Positions 20,430 to 31,355 of a stretch of DNA of 64,000 nucleotides are shown here, in pieces. The translations under genes were made by a program, and so were the position numbers. The notes under the pieces were generated by a model. It saw only the letters and a program-made list of their open reading frames with translations, made no database searches and had not been told where the DNA came from. Origin of the DNA: an uncultured Desulfarculus sp. (GTDB taxonomy: Bacteria; Desulfobacterota; Desulfarculia; Desulfarculales; Desulfarculaceae); contig CAXXUK010000002.1 of assembly GCA_963665125.2 (NCBI GenBank), forward strand, positions 1 through 64,000. The letters are read 5' to 3'. Position 1 is the first letter of the stretch, and each line of letters starts with the position of its first letter.

Positions 20430-20473
20430 AAAAAAATAAGGAAGCCTTCCGGTTTTGGGGCCGGAAGGCTTCC
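20430..20473 (-). terminator. Intrinsic terminator after the acyl-CoA ligase gene
   Basis: 13-bp stem GGAAGCCTTCCGG/CCGGAAGGCTTCC followed by T-rich run on the minus strand. Confidence 0.75.
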
Positions 20474-20503
20474 GAGTATCCAGGGTTTAAACAGCGCTGG
20501 AGG

Positions 20504-22291
20504 CTAGTCTTGGTACATGGCGTCGATGATATCGGCGTGCTTTTCCAGGATGACCTTGCGCTTGAGCTTGAGGGTCGGGGTGATTTCGCCGTCCTCGATG
20601 GTGAACTCCTCGGCCAACAGGGTGAACTTGCGGATCTTTTCCTGCTTTTCCACATCGCCCACCAGGCGTTCGATGCGTTCGGCGTAAAAGTCATGAATCT
20701 TGGGGTTCTTGACCAGGTCGCCGTGGGAATTGAACGCGATGCCCTTGTCCTTGGCGTATTGCTCCAGGGCCTCGAAGTTGGGCACGATCAGGGCGCTGGC
20801 AAACTTGCGCAGGTCGGCGACCATAATCACCTGCTCGATGTAGTGATCCGCGCCGATGCGGTTTTCAATGGGCTGCGGGGCGATGTACTTGCCGCCCGAG
20901 GTCTTCATCAGCTCTTTCTTGCGGTCGGTGATCTTCATGTGGCCGTCGGCGTCGATGGTGGCGATGTCGCCGGTCAGCAGCCAGCCGTCGACAATGGTCT
21001 TGGCCGTTTCCTCGGGCTTGTTGTAGTAGCCGCGCATGATCTGGGGCCCGCGCACCAGCAGTTCGCCGTCGTCGGCCAGCTTCATGTCGGTTTCGGGCAT
21101 CAAGGTGCCGCAGTTGCCGAATTTCTTGCCCGTCAGCGGGTGGCAGGTCACGGTGGCCGTGGTTTCGGTCATGCCGAAGCCAAGGCACAGGTATACGCCG
21201 ACGCTCCAGAAAAACTCGTCGATGTCGGCGGCCAGGGGCGCGCCCGCGCAGGGGAACACCCGGATATCGCCGCCGGTGAGGTTGCGGATCTTGGAGAGCA
21301 CCAGCTTGTCGGCCAGGTTGTGCTTTACTTTGAGGAAGTAGGGCAGCTGCTTGTTCTCGTTGCGCAGCTTGCCCGCGGCCTTGCCCACGCCCAGGGCCCA
21401 GTTGAACAGCTTACGCTTGGCCGGGGGGGCGCTTTCGAGCTGGTTGAACACACCGGCGTAGATCTTTTCATAGAGCCGGGGCACCATGCAGGCGAAGTGG
21501 GGCTTTACTTCCTGGAAATACTCCAGGGCCTGGGTGGGGTCGTCGCAGTAATAGTTGGTCATGCCGTGCATCAGCACGTTGTAGGTCCAGGTCCGCTCGA
21601 ACACGTGCGACAGCGGCAGGATGCACAGGGAGCGGTCGGTGTCGAACTGGGGGAAGCGTTCCATGTGGCTGCGATACTGGAAGCAGAAATTGGCGTGATC
21701 CAGCATGACGCCCTTGGGTTCGCCGGTGGTGCCCGAGGTGTAGATCAACGTGCACAGGTCGTCGGTCTGGGCCCTGTCCAGCCGGGCCTCGATTTCACCA
21801 TAGTTGACGGCCTGCCTGCCGATATTGATGAAGTCGTCCCATTGCATGATGTTGGGATTGTCTTCCAGCTTTACCTCGGGGTCGAAACAGACGATGGTCT
21901 GGAGGTTCTCGTTGTCCTCGAAGAACTTCATGGCCTTGGCGTATTGTTCCTGGCCGCCCACGAACAGCAGCTTGACCTTGGCGTCGTTGATGATGTATTC
22001 GGCCTGGCCCACGGTGCTGGGGGCGTGGACGGGCACGCTGGTGCAGCGGGCCATGAGGATGCCCAGGTCGGCGATGGTCCACTTGGGCATGTTGGCCGAG
22101 AAAAGGCCCACCATGTCGTTGTCGGCTATGCCCAGCTGGACCAGGGCCTTGGCTACGGCTTCGGCCTGCTCGCCCATTTCATTCCAGCTTATTTCTTTCC
22201 ACTGGCCCTTGTCCTTGTAGCAAAGGGCCTTGCGGTCGCCGTACTTGGCGATGCGTTCTTTGAGGCCGAGCGCTAAGTGTTCTTTTTGCAT
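20504..22291 (-). CDS. fadD: Long-chain fatty acid--CoA ligase (AMP-forming)
   Basis: YTSGTTGEPKG, GFGMTET, TGD, GKYIAPQPIE, TPTLKLKR. Confidence 0.9.
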   Translation of the reverse strand: MQKEHLALGLKERIAKYGDRKALCYKDKGQWKEISWNEMGEQAEAVAKALVQLGIADNDMVGLFSANMPKWTIADLGILMARCTSVPVHAPSTVGQAEYIINDAKVKLLFVGGQEQYAKAMKFFEDNENLQTIVCFDPEVKLEDNPNIMQWDDFINIGRQAVNYGEIEARLDRAQTDDLCTLIYTSGTTGEPKGVMLDHANFCFQYRSHMERFPQFDTDRSLCILPLSHVFERTWTYNVLMHGMTNYYCDDPTQALEYFQEVKPHFACMVPRLYEKIYAGVFNQLESAPPAKRKLFNWALGVGKAAGKLRNENKQLPYFLKVKHNLADKLVLSKIRNLTGGDIRVFPCAGAPLAADIDEFFWSVGVYLCLGFGMTETTATVTCHPLTGKKFGNCGTLMPETDMKLADDGELLVRGPQIMRGYYNKPEETAKTIVDGWLLTGDIATIDADGHMKITDRKKELMKTSGGKYIAPQPIENRIGADHYIEQVIMVADLRKFASALIVPNFEALEQYAKDKGIAFNSHGDLVKNPKIHDFYAERIERLVGDVEKQEKIRKFTLLAEEFTIEDGEITPTLKLKRKVILEKHADIIDAMYQD

Positions 22292-22448
22292 CGAGATCTC
22301 CCGTGTGCCAGGCAGGCAATAGCATAATTACGGACCGGCCCGGCCCGGCCTGCATGATGTTTTCGATATCAAACGATGTTTTCGGCAACGCTTAAATATA
22401 ACAATGAACCGCGATTCAGGCCACCCTTAACGGATGGCTAAACCTTTG

Positions 22449-23366
22449 TCAGCGCTGTAAAAAGGTGAGTACATCATGGGCTGTTTTTTCGGGGATCTCT
22501 TCCATGGGCACATGACCCGCCTCCGGGTAGATGATCACCTCGGCATTGGGCAGGGCCTTGGCGTATTTTTCGGCGTTGTCCGGGGTTATCCAGGTGTCCT
22601 TGCCGCCCCAGAGGATCAGGGTGGGCTGTTTGATAAGCTTCAGCTTGTCGGTCTGGTCCAAGTAATTGAGCATGGCCCGGTGGCCAAAGGCCTCGCGGTT
22701 GCCTTCCCGCAGCAACAGGCGGTAGTAGCGGTCCACCACCTCGGGTTTGACCTTGGAGGGGTCGCCGTAGGCGCTTTTGATGCCGCGCTCCACCAACGCC
22801 CTGGGCGTGAACCAGCGGGCGATGTCCTTGACCACGGGTATGCGGGCAAGCTTGAGGGCTCTGGGCATCTTTTTCATGGGGAATCCGGCGGCGTCCACCA
22901 GAACAAGCTTGCGGACTCGCTGGGGGAACCGCCAGGTATAGCCCCAGGCGATGCGGCCGCCCAGGGAATTGCCGGCCAGGTCGCACTGCTTGATATCGAG
23001 CTTGTCCAAAAAGGCGTCCACGAAGCGGCAATAGGCGTCCACGCTGTAATCGTTGTCGCTGTTGGGCCCGGTGAGGCCGTAGGCGGGCAGGTCAACGCTT
23101 ATCACCCGGAAGTGGGGACTGAGCACCTTGACCCAGCCTTCCCAGGTATGCAGCGAGGCCGCCGTGCCGTGCAACAGCACCACGGGGAAGCCCTGGCCCT
23201 GGTCCCGGTAGTGGACCCTCAGACCCTGGACATCGATGAAATCTGAGGACTTAGTGGCGTATTCCATCTCCAGGTCATAGGGGTTCATATCCAGCCTGAG
23301 GCCAAAGGCGGCCATCAGGGCGGCGACGCTCAAAAAGATTATCAGCACCCACAGGGTTTTTTTCAT
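22449..23366 (-). CDS. Membrane-anchored or secreted alpha/beta hydrolase (lipase/esterase-like)
   Basis: N-terminal hydrophobic segment from MKKTLWV; LLHG, GNSLGG nucleophile elbow, D and GH catalytic residues. Confidence 0.88.
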   Translation of the reverse strand: MKKTLWVLIIFLSVAALMAAFGLRLDMNPYDLEMEYATKSSDFIDVQGLRVHYRDQGQGFPVVLLHGTAASLHTWEGWVKVLSPHFRVISVDLPAYGLTGPNSDNDYSVDAYCRFVDAFLDKLDIKQCDLAGNSLGGRIAWGYTWRFPQRVRKLVLVDAAGFPMKKMPRALKLARIPVVKDIARWFTPRALVERGIKSAYGDPSKVKPEVVDRYYRLLLREGNREAFGHRAMLNYLDQTDKLKLIKQPTLILWGGKDTWITPDNAEKYAKALPNAEVIIYPEAGHVPMEEIPEKTAHDVLTFLQR

Positions 23367-23471
23367 GACATGCCTCCGGACCGGGTATGTTCTGAGCATA
23401 GCAGGGTTTAAATGCCCGTAGCAAGCCGCGCCCGAGCGCATTAGAATAGGGCCTAATGGAGGAGGCAGCAA

Positions 23472-24836
<1,365 letters not shown>

Positions 24837-24924
24837 CGGGCCGCCGAAAAAACAGAGGCGCTCCCTTGGGGAGCGCCCCGTCGTGACGGCCCGGTGAAGG
24901 GCCGGAATGCCAACAATGATCCGG

Positions 24925-26271
24925 CTAGGCGCGTTTGTTGCTCTGGCGCCAGATGCCCATCTCTTCGGCCTGCTTGATCAGGTCGTCGCGGAAGTCGGGG
25001 TGGGCTATGCTGATCATTTCCTCGGCGCGCATCCACACAGGTTTGCCGGGCATGCGAACCGCACCGTATTCGGTGACGATAAAGTCGACCATCTGCCTGG
25101 GAACCGTGGCGATGGAGCCCGGTTTGAAGGTGGGCACGATGCGGCTGAACATATTGCCTTTACTGTCGGTTCTGGTGCTGGTCATGCACAGGAAGCTCTT
25201 GCCGCCCTCGGACCACTGGGCCCCCAACACAAAGTCCCACAGGCCGCCGTTGCCCGATATTTGGTGGAATCCATTGCTCTCGGCGTTGATCTGGGTGAAC
25301 AGGTCCGCCTGAACGATATTGCATATGGAGATGAATTTTTTATGCTTGGCGATGGTCCGCGGGTCGTTGGTGTAATTGACGCTATACGAAGACAGGCCCG
25401 GGTTGTTGTCCATGTAGTCGTACATGCGCTGGCTGCCTATGGCAAAGGTGTAGGCCACCTTGAAGCGGTCGAATTCCTTTTTCGCGCCGGTCATGCGGCC
25501 GCTTTCGATCATGTCCACATATGAAGGCGCGAACATTTCGGTGTGGCCGCCCAGGTTTTTCAGATCGCTCTCGGCGATGAGCTTGCCCACCGCGGCGGGC
25601 ATGCCGCCGATGCCCAGCTGGATCACCGACTCGTCTTCAATATGGGCCAAAATATGTTCGGCGATCATTTTGTCCTGCTCGCTGGGCTCCACCTCCGGAG
25701 CGTCGAATACGCCGTCCTCGCCCGTGCCGTCGACAATGAAATCGACTTCGGAAATGTGGATGGCCTCTTCCGAGCCGCCTAGACAGACAGGCAGTTTGTC
25801 GCATATTTCGACGACAACCGTGTCCGAGATTTCCATTTTGACTCTGGTTTCACTGTTCTGCGGACCCAGGTTGAACCAGCCTTTTTTGTCCATGGGGCAA
25901 ACCCGGGCGACGGTTATGTTGGGACACACGCCGACGCCTTTATGGAATATGCTGGGAGCCATGTGATAAATGGTGGGACAGTAGAAAATATTGTTCGGTC
26001 CCAATTTGAGCATGCGGGTCAACTTGCTGTATTGCAGATCGACGTATGTGAAAGAATCCGGCTTTTGGGTTACTTCCGGTACCGGAGGCGTCGTGACCGC
26101 GGTGAAAACGATAACATCTTCAAGCTCTTCATGCCGGGCGGCCAGGGCCCTGTCAAAGGCGATGGGCTTGCCGTTGAAAAAGCCATAGGCGATGGTGTCG
26201 CCGCTTTTTACCACTTGGGCGGCTTTTTCCGGATTAACCAGTTTTTGTTTGTATTCTGCTTCGTAAGACAC
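24925..26271 (-). CDS. Acetyl-CoA hydrolase/transferase family CoA-transferase (butyryl-CoA:acetate or 4-hydroxybutyrate type)
   Basis: QLGIG, GGHTEM with catalytic Glu, QISGNGG, IVTEYG, IAHPDFR. Confidence 0.9.
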   Translation of the reverse strand: MSYEAEYKQKLVNPEKAAQVVKSGDTIAYGFFNGKPIAFDRALAARHEELEDVIVFTAVTTPPVPEVTQKPDSFTYVDLQYSKLTRMLKLGPNNIFYCPTIYHMAPSIFHKGVGVCPNITVARVCPMDKKGWFNLGPQNSETRVKMEISDTVVVEICDKLPVCLGGSEEAIHISEVDFIVDGTGEDGVFDAPEVEPSEQDKMIAEHILAHIEDESVIQLGIGGMPAAVGKLIAESDLKNLGGHTEMFAPSYVDMIESGRMTGAKKEFDRFKVAYTFAIGSQRMYDYMDNNPGLSSYSVNYTNDPRTIAKHKKFISICNIVQADLFTQINAESNGFHQISGNGGLWDFVLGAQWSEGGKSFLCMTSTRTDSKGNMFSRIVPTFKPGSIATVPRQMVDFIVTEYGAVRMPGKPVWMRAEEMISIAHPDFRDDLIKQAEEMGIWRQSNKRA

Positions 26272-26487
26272 GTTCTTCCCCTTGTCACTTCGGCATAATT
26301 CAAGGATTAGATTGTTATTATAATCACAATATAGGTGCGCGAAGTATACAATCGGAATTTCACAAAGTCTACACCAATTACCGGGTAAACAATGTTTATA
26401 ACTGTTTGAAATAACAGATAAAGTAATAGATCGTTCGGTCTATTTGGTCTGGGGCTGGATGAACGTTGTTCCACCAAAATGGTTATT

Positions 26488-26527
26488 AAAACAAACAAGC
26501 CCGTGAAAACAAGCTTGTTTGTTTTTT
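26488..26527. terminator. AT-rich inverted repeat, possible terminator between the CoA-transferase genes
   Basis: AAAACAAACAAGC...GCTTGTTTGTTTT. Confidence 0.5.
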
Positions 26528-26540
26528 ATAACCGCAAATA

Positions 26541-27896
26541 TCAGGCCGCGACGACGCGCTTATTGCTGCGGCGCCAGATGCCCAGGTCTTCGGCCTGGTC
26601 GATAAGGTCGTCGCGGAAATCGGGATGGGCGATGTTGATAACCGCCTCGGCCCGCTCCCATACGGTCAGGCCGGGCATGCGCGCCGCGCCGTACTCGGTG
26701 ACGATGTAGTCCACCATCTGGCGGGGGATGGTGGTGATGGTGTTGTCGGCAAAACGGGGCACTATGCGGCTGCGGCGCCTGCCGTCCTTGTCGGTGTAAG
26801 TGCTGTGCAGGCACATGAAGCTCTGGCCGCCGTCGCTCCACTGGGCCGCCAGGACAAAGTCCCACAGTCCGCCGTTGCCCGAGATCTGGCGGGAGCCGCT
26901 GCTCTCGGCGCTGACCTGGGTGTAGAGATCGACCTCCAGGATGTTGCAGATGCTGGTGAACTTGCTCAGCTTGGCGCAGCGCCTGGGGTCGTTGGTGTAA
27001 TCCACCGGATAGGAGGCCAGGCGCGGGTTGTTGTGCATGTAGTCGTAGGTGGCCTGGTCGCCGAAGGCAAAGGTGTAGGGCAGCTTGAAGCGGTCGAACT
27101 CCTTCTTGGCGTCGGTGAGGCGGCCGCTTTCGATGAGGTCCATGTAGGCGGGCACGAACATCTCGGTATGGCCGCCCAGGTCCTTGAGGTCACTTTGGGC
27201 CAACACCTTGCCCACCGCGTCGGGCAGGGCGCCGATGCCCAGCTGGATCACCGCCTCGTCGCGGACGTGGCCCAGGATGTGTTGGGCGATGCGTTCGTCT
27301 TCGGGCGACGGGGCCGAGCGCGGCACGATAAAGGGCCCGTCATCGGGATCGCCGGCGCAGACATAGTCCACTTGGCTGATGTGGATCGACTCCTGAATGC
27401 CGCCCAGGCACACCGGCAGGTTCGAGCATTCCTCCACGATGATTGTGTCCACGGTGTCGAGAACGCCGCTTCCCGTGGCGCTGGCCATGCTCAGGTTGAA
27501 ATAGCCGTATTCATCCATGGGGCATGCCCGGATCATGGCCACCTGGTAGTGCCGGGTGGAGATGTCGCGGGCCACCTTGGGCACCAGGTGAAACAGAACG
27601 GGCATGTAATAGGCGGGCGAGCCCAGCAGCGGGGCCATGCGGGTTAGCTTGCTGAAGTGGCCGTCGTTGTAGTTGAAGGTCTCCGGGTGGCGGAGCACAT
27701 CGGGAACGGGCGGCACCGTACAGGTGGCCAGGATATTGACGTTATGCAACTCGGCGTGACGCTTGGCCAGGGCCTTTTCCAGGGCCACGGGCTTGCCGTT
27801 GAAGGGCCCGAAGGCCACCCACGAGTCGGACTTTACCGCCTTCACCGCTTGGTCGGCGGTTACGAACTTGCGCTTATACTCCCCAGCATAAGACAT
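26541..27896 (-). CDS. Second acetyl-CoA hydrolase/transferase family CoA-transferase
   Basis: Same motifs ([30 protein letters not shown]); tandem paralog. Confidence 0.9.
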   Translation of the reverse strand: MSYAGEYKRKFVTADQAVKAVKSDSWVAFGPFNGKPVALEKALAKRHAELHNVNILATCTVPPVPDVLRHPETFNYNDGHFSKLTRMAPLLGSPAYYMPVLFHLVPKVARDISTRHYQVAMIRACPMDEYGYFNLSMASATGSGVLDTVDTIIVEECSNLPVCLGGIQESIHISQVDYVCAGDPDDGPFIVPRSAPSPEDERIAQHILGHVRDEAVIQLGIGALPDAVGKVLAQSDLKDLGGHTEMFVPAYMDLIESGRLTDAKKEFDRFKLPYTFAFGDQATYDYMHNNPRLASYPVDYTNDPRRCAKLSKFTSICNILEVDLYTQVSAESSGSRQISGNGGLWDFVLAAQWSDGGQSFMCLHSTYTDKDGRRRSRIVPRFADNTITTIPRQMVDYIVTEYGAARMPGLTVWERAEAVINIAHPDFRDDLIDQAEDLGIWRRSNKRVVAA

Positions 27897-28094
27897 GATG
27901 AATCATCCTTCCCCTCGGTTAATTCGATTTAGTATATATAGTATACTTCAATCAAGAAAAATCAAGGGGGATTATTGGGGCTAGTATTCGGGGCGAAACG
28001 GCATTTAATAGATATATCAGCTAAAAATGAACACCGTTTCACGGTTGTGATGCCGTTGGAGAGCTAAAACGCCCGGCATATTAAGGTTAGAAAA

Positions 28095-28346
28095 TAAACT
28101 AAAAAGCCCGGCTGGAGAGCAAAGAGGAGGGTCCGGCTGGGTGGTTCCGGACCCTCCTGAAAGTAGCAAGCCGCCGAAGGGAAGAACGGGGAATCTCTAT
28201 TTATGGCCTGCTACCGCGTTCACGGCTTTAGTTAGCCTCAGGGGACTGTTGTTTGGGACTTGGTTAGATTCACACTAAAATAGTTTGTATTTGGTGCTTT
28301 GCCTGTTTTCCGGGGAAGGCGTTCGCGATTTTGCATGAATGAACAC
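28095..28346 (-). ncRNA. Candidate structured sRNA or 5' leader RNA; ends approximate
   Basis: Lies downstream of a sigma70-like promoter; two stems (28163-28213, 28125-28158) with C/U-rich loops, then a T-rich run; no convincing ORF. Confidence 0.35.
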
Positions 28347-28381
28347 TCATTCATATTATCCTGAACGGGCCCTTTCGTCAA
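28335..28381 (-). promoter_or_regulatory. Sigma70-type promoter overlapped by a TetR-type palindromic operator
   Basis: TTGACG (28376-81), N17, TAATAT (28353-58); ATGAATGA-ACAC-TCATTCAT at 28335-28354. Confidence 0.65.
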
Positions 28382-28467
28382 TAGGCAAATAATATTAATG
28401 TGTTAAAAACAGTGTTTATTTTTGGGAATGGGATATCCCCTGGCGGACCACGATCAGGACACAAGGC

Positions 28468-28500
28468 AAAAAACAGGGCCGCCCGTATGAGGGGCAGCCC
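28468..28500 (-). terminator. Intrinsic terminator closing the leu/acetolactate decarboxylase transcript
   Basis: GGGCTGCCC...GGGCGGCCC then TGTTTTTT on the minus strand. Confidence 0.7.
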
Positions 28501-28529
28501 CGAAAATAGCGCCTCGCGCTTTAGGGCGG

Positions 28530-29309
28530 CTACTTGCCTTCGACCTTTTTCAGGGCCTTGCTCTTGTCGTCGCCCAGCTCTACATAGAGAAAATCACCGC
28601 TGATGGGCAGCTTCAAATCCATGGCCGGTATCACATTGACCTGCACGGTGACGTCCTTGAGCTTGAGATCCAGAACGTGGCCGCCGGCCTGTCGGTCGGA
28701 GCGCAGGAAGTGAATATGCCACCCCGGAGCGCCCAGTCCCTTGACATAGGACGGGCTGATAAAGCCGACGATATCGCCCTGTACGTTGTTGAACTCGAAC
28801 ACGGCCTGTTTTTTGACCACATCCGCCAGCACTGGATAGGGCCTGTTCTGCCGGGGCACGCTGCGGGCCTTGACATGGTCGAACTGGCCCCTGATGCGCA
28901 CGGCGTAGAACAGGTTGGGCGTGACCAGAGCCTGCCCGACGGCCTTCTTTAGTCCGTCGAAATCAACCGTCCCCTTGATGGGCACCCGCAGATCGGTGGA
29001 AAAGTTGACGACCTGGGCGAAAGGCGTCTTGGCCTCGGCGGGCATCAGCTCCACCTTGCCGCTGTAACGCACCTGATAGACCTTGCCGTCCAGGACGACC
29101 ATCTCGCCGTCCAGGCCGTTGAAGGTGCCCAGGCCCAGGTCGCCGTGTTCCACCAACGCGCCAAGGGTCAGATCGCCGTCATAGACGCCCTCCAACAGGG
29201 CGTCTATGGTGGAATATTGGAACAGCCTGCTGTCGTCGGCCCCAAAAGCGGCGCCGGTCAGGATCATCAGGCCGATCAGGGCCCACAGGGTAGAGCGAAA
29301 TAGTTTCAT
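28530..29309 (-). CDS. budA: Alpha-acetolactate decarboxylase with predicted signal peptide
   Basis: FQYSTIDAL, HGDLGLGTF...LDGEM, TPFA, GWHIHF, GGHVLD; start MKLFRST. Confidence 0.9.
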   Translation of the reverse strand: MKLFRSTLWALIGLMILTGAAFGADDSRLFQYSTIDALLEGVYDGDLTLGALVEHGDLGLGTFNGLDGEMVVLDGKVYQVRYSGKVELMPAEAKTPFAQVVNFSTDLRVPIKGTVDFDGLKKAVGQALVTPNLFYAVRIRGQFDHVKARSVPRQNRPYPVLADVVKKQAVFEFNNVQGDIVGFISPSYVKGLGAPGWHIHFLRSDRQAGGHVLDLKLKDVTVQVNVIPAMDLKLPISGDFLYVELGDDKSKALKKVEGK

Positions 29310-29332
29310 TGCCGCGCTTTCCGTTGGGGTGC

Positions 29333-30322
29333 TTACAAGGCGTCGATGACGGCCCGGGCCATTTCCATGGTCGAGAGTTTGCCGCCAAGGTCCGTGGTGG
29401 CTTTGCCGCCGGAGACACACTTGCGCACCGCTTCCTCGATGCGCCCGGCCCAGTCCTGGTGATCCAGGTGCCGCAGGAGCATGGCTCCGCAGAGGATGGC
29501 CGCCGAGGGGTTGGCCTTGCCTTGGCCGGCGATGTCCGGGGCCGTGCCGTGCACCGGCTCGAACAGGGCGTGATCCGGGCCCAGGTTGGCGCTGGGGCAC
29601 ATGCCCAGGCCGCCGATGAGGCCCGCGGCCAGGTCGGAGAGGATGTCGCCGAACAGGTTGGTGGTTACGATGCACTGGAATTCTTCCGGGCGCATGGCCA
29701 TGCGCATGGCCACCGAATCCACCAGGGCCTCTTCATAGGGCACCTCGGGGTATTCGGCTGCGGCCTTGCGGCAGCACTCCAGGAAATGGCCGTCTGTCTG
29801 GCGCAGGACATTGGCCTTGTGCACGGCGGTGACCTTCCGGCCTCCGTTTTTGCCGGCCCAGTCCATGGCGTAGCGGGCGATGCGCTCGCTGGCCTGGGTG
29901 GTGATGACCCTGGTGCCGGTGTAGACGCCGTCGGCGATCTTGGCTTCGATGCCGCAATAGAGGCATTCGGTGTTTTCCCGGACGATCATGATGTCGGTCT
30001 GGGGATGGATGCACTCCACGCCTTCGTAGGCCACCGAGGGCCGCAGGTTGACGAAGGTGCCCAGCTCGGCCCGCAGGCGCAGGATGACGTCGGCGGCGCA
30101 GGCTCCGGCCGCTCCGAAGATCACGGCCTGGGCCTTGAGGGCGCCGTCCAGGGTCGCCTGTGGCAGGGCCACGCCCGTGGCCGCCAGGGTGTCGTCGCCA
30201 GCCTCATAGCTGCTGAAGTTCCAGTTCAGGCCCGTGGCCTCCAAAACGGCGATCTCGGCCTCCACCACTTCCGGGCCGATGCCGTCGCCGCCGATTACGG
30301 CAATGTCGTAAATGTCGCTCAT
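29333..30322 (-). CDS. leuB: 3-isopropylmalate dehydrogenase, short archaeal-like type
   Basis: GDGIGPEV, NLRP, RENTE, NLFGDILSD, FEPVHGTAPDIAG; follows leuCD. Confidence 0.8.
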   Translation of the reverse strand: MSDIYDIAVIGGDGIGPEVVEAEIAVLEATGLNWNFSSYEAGDDTLAATGVALPQATLDGALKAQAVIFGAAGACAADVILRLRAELGTFVNLRPSVAYEGVECIHPQTDIMIVRENTECLYCGIEAKIADGVYTGTRVITTQASERIARYAMDWAGKNGGRKVTAVHKANVLRQTDGHFLECCRKAAAEYPEVPYEEALVDSVAMRMAMRPEEFQCIVTTNLFGDILSDLAAGLIGGLGMCPSANLGPDHALFEPVHGTAPDIAGQGKANPSAAILCGAMLLRHLDHQDWAGRIEEAVRKCVSGGKATTDLGGKLSTMEMARAVIDAL

Positions 30323-30353
30323 GTCAGGGTCTTTCAAGTCAAATGTTTGGTTG

Positions 30354-30968
30354 TTATTGGCTCACCGCCGCTTGCCAGGGCTTGGGGTGGCTTTGTTCAT
30401 AGGCCGTGATGGCGTCTGAGTGCACCAGGGTCAGGCCGATGTTGTCCAGGCCCTCCAAAAGGCGCTTTTTGCGGAACGGGTCCACCTCGAAGCCGCAGGC
30501 GTAGCCGTCGGAGCCGGTCAGGGTCTGGGCCGCCAGGTCAACGGTGACGGTGTAGCCCTCGCTGGCCTCGGTGCGGCGCATCCATTGCTCCACCTGGTCG
30601 GCGCCCAGGCTCACCAGCAGGATGCCGTTGTTAAAGGCGTTGTTGGTGAAGATGTCGGCAAAGCTGGGGGCGATGATCACCTTGAAGCCGTACTGGATCA
30701 GGGCCCAGGGCGCGTGCTCCCGGCTGGAGCCGCAGCCGAAGTTTTCCCCGGCGATAAGCACCTGGGCGCCCTGGTAGCGGGGCTTGCTCAGGACGAAATT
30801 CTCGTTGACGCTGCCGTCGGGTTGACGCCGCCAGTTCCAGAAGGCGAACTCGTCAAAACCGGTGCGCTCCACCCTCTTTAAAAACTGCTTGGGCATGATC
30901 TGGTCCGTGTCGCAGTTGGGCACGTCCAGGGGCACTGCTTTGCCTGTGAAGGTCTCGAACTTTTCCAT
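30354..30968 (-). CDS. leuD: 3-isopropylmalate dehydratase small subunit
   Basis: DTDQIMPKQFL, NFGCGSSREHAPWAL. Confidence 0.96.
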   Translation of the reverse strand: MEKFETFTGKAVPLDVPNCDTDQIMPKQFLKRVERTGFDEFAFWNWRRQPDGSVNENFVLSKPRYQGAQVLIAGENFGCGSSREHAPWALIQYGFKVIIAPSFADIFTNNAFNNGILLVSLGADQVEQWMRRTEASEGYTVTVDLAAQTLTGSDGYACGFEVDPFRKKRLLEGLDNIGLTLVHSDAITAYEQSHPKPWQAAVSQ

Positions 30969-30970
30969 AT

Positions 30971-31231
30971 CTAATTCTCCGTATCGGAGCCGTTTATCTT
31001 GAAAACCGCGCTGGCCCGCACGATCCGCACGCCGCCGAAGCTGATCTCGGCCCCGGCAAAGGCCATGATCCGCCCGGCCTTTTGCACGTCGGTCGTTATT
31101 CTGGCTTCGTCGCCCAGGGGACCGGCAAAGTCGACGTCGATATGCACCAGCTCCAGGGGCCTGCCTGCCGCCTGGCGCACGGCCTGCTCCATGGCCGCCC
31201 TGGCCAGCTCTATGGCTTCGGTGTGGGTCAT
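30971..31231 (-). CDS. Small hotdog-fold (PaaI thioesterase-like) protein
   Basis: 86 aa from MTHTEAI; beta pattern LVHIDVDF..P....RI...V.KAGR..AF..AEI......V.ASAVF; stop 2 nt before leuD. Confidence 0.6.
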   Translation of the reverse strand: MTHTEAIELARAAMEQAVRQAAGRPLELVHIDVDFAGPLGDEARITTDVQKAGRIMAFAGAEISFGGVRIVRASAVFKINGSDTEN

Positions 31232-31314
31232 TCTCGGTTTCCCCAATTCCCCCCTCCCTGCCCGGTTACGTTTGCCGGAAGCAAAACGCAAACGGCAAAG
31301 TTTTTTGAAGGGGG

Positions 31315-31352
31315 CGCGGGGGAAACTTTCCTTTAAGAAAGTTTCCCCCGCG
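31315..31352. repeat. REP-like perfect 16-bp inverted repeat right after leuC
   Basis: CGCGGGGGAAACTTTC-CTTTAA-GAAAGTTTCCCCCGCG. Confidence 0.75.
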
Positions 31353-31355
31353 GTC

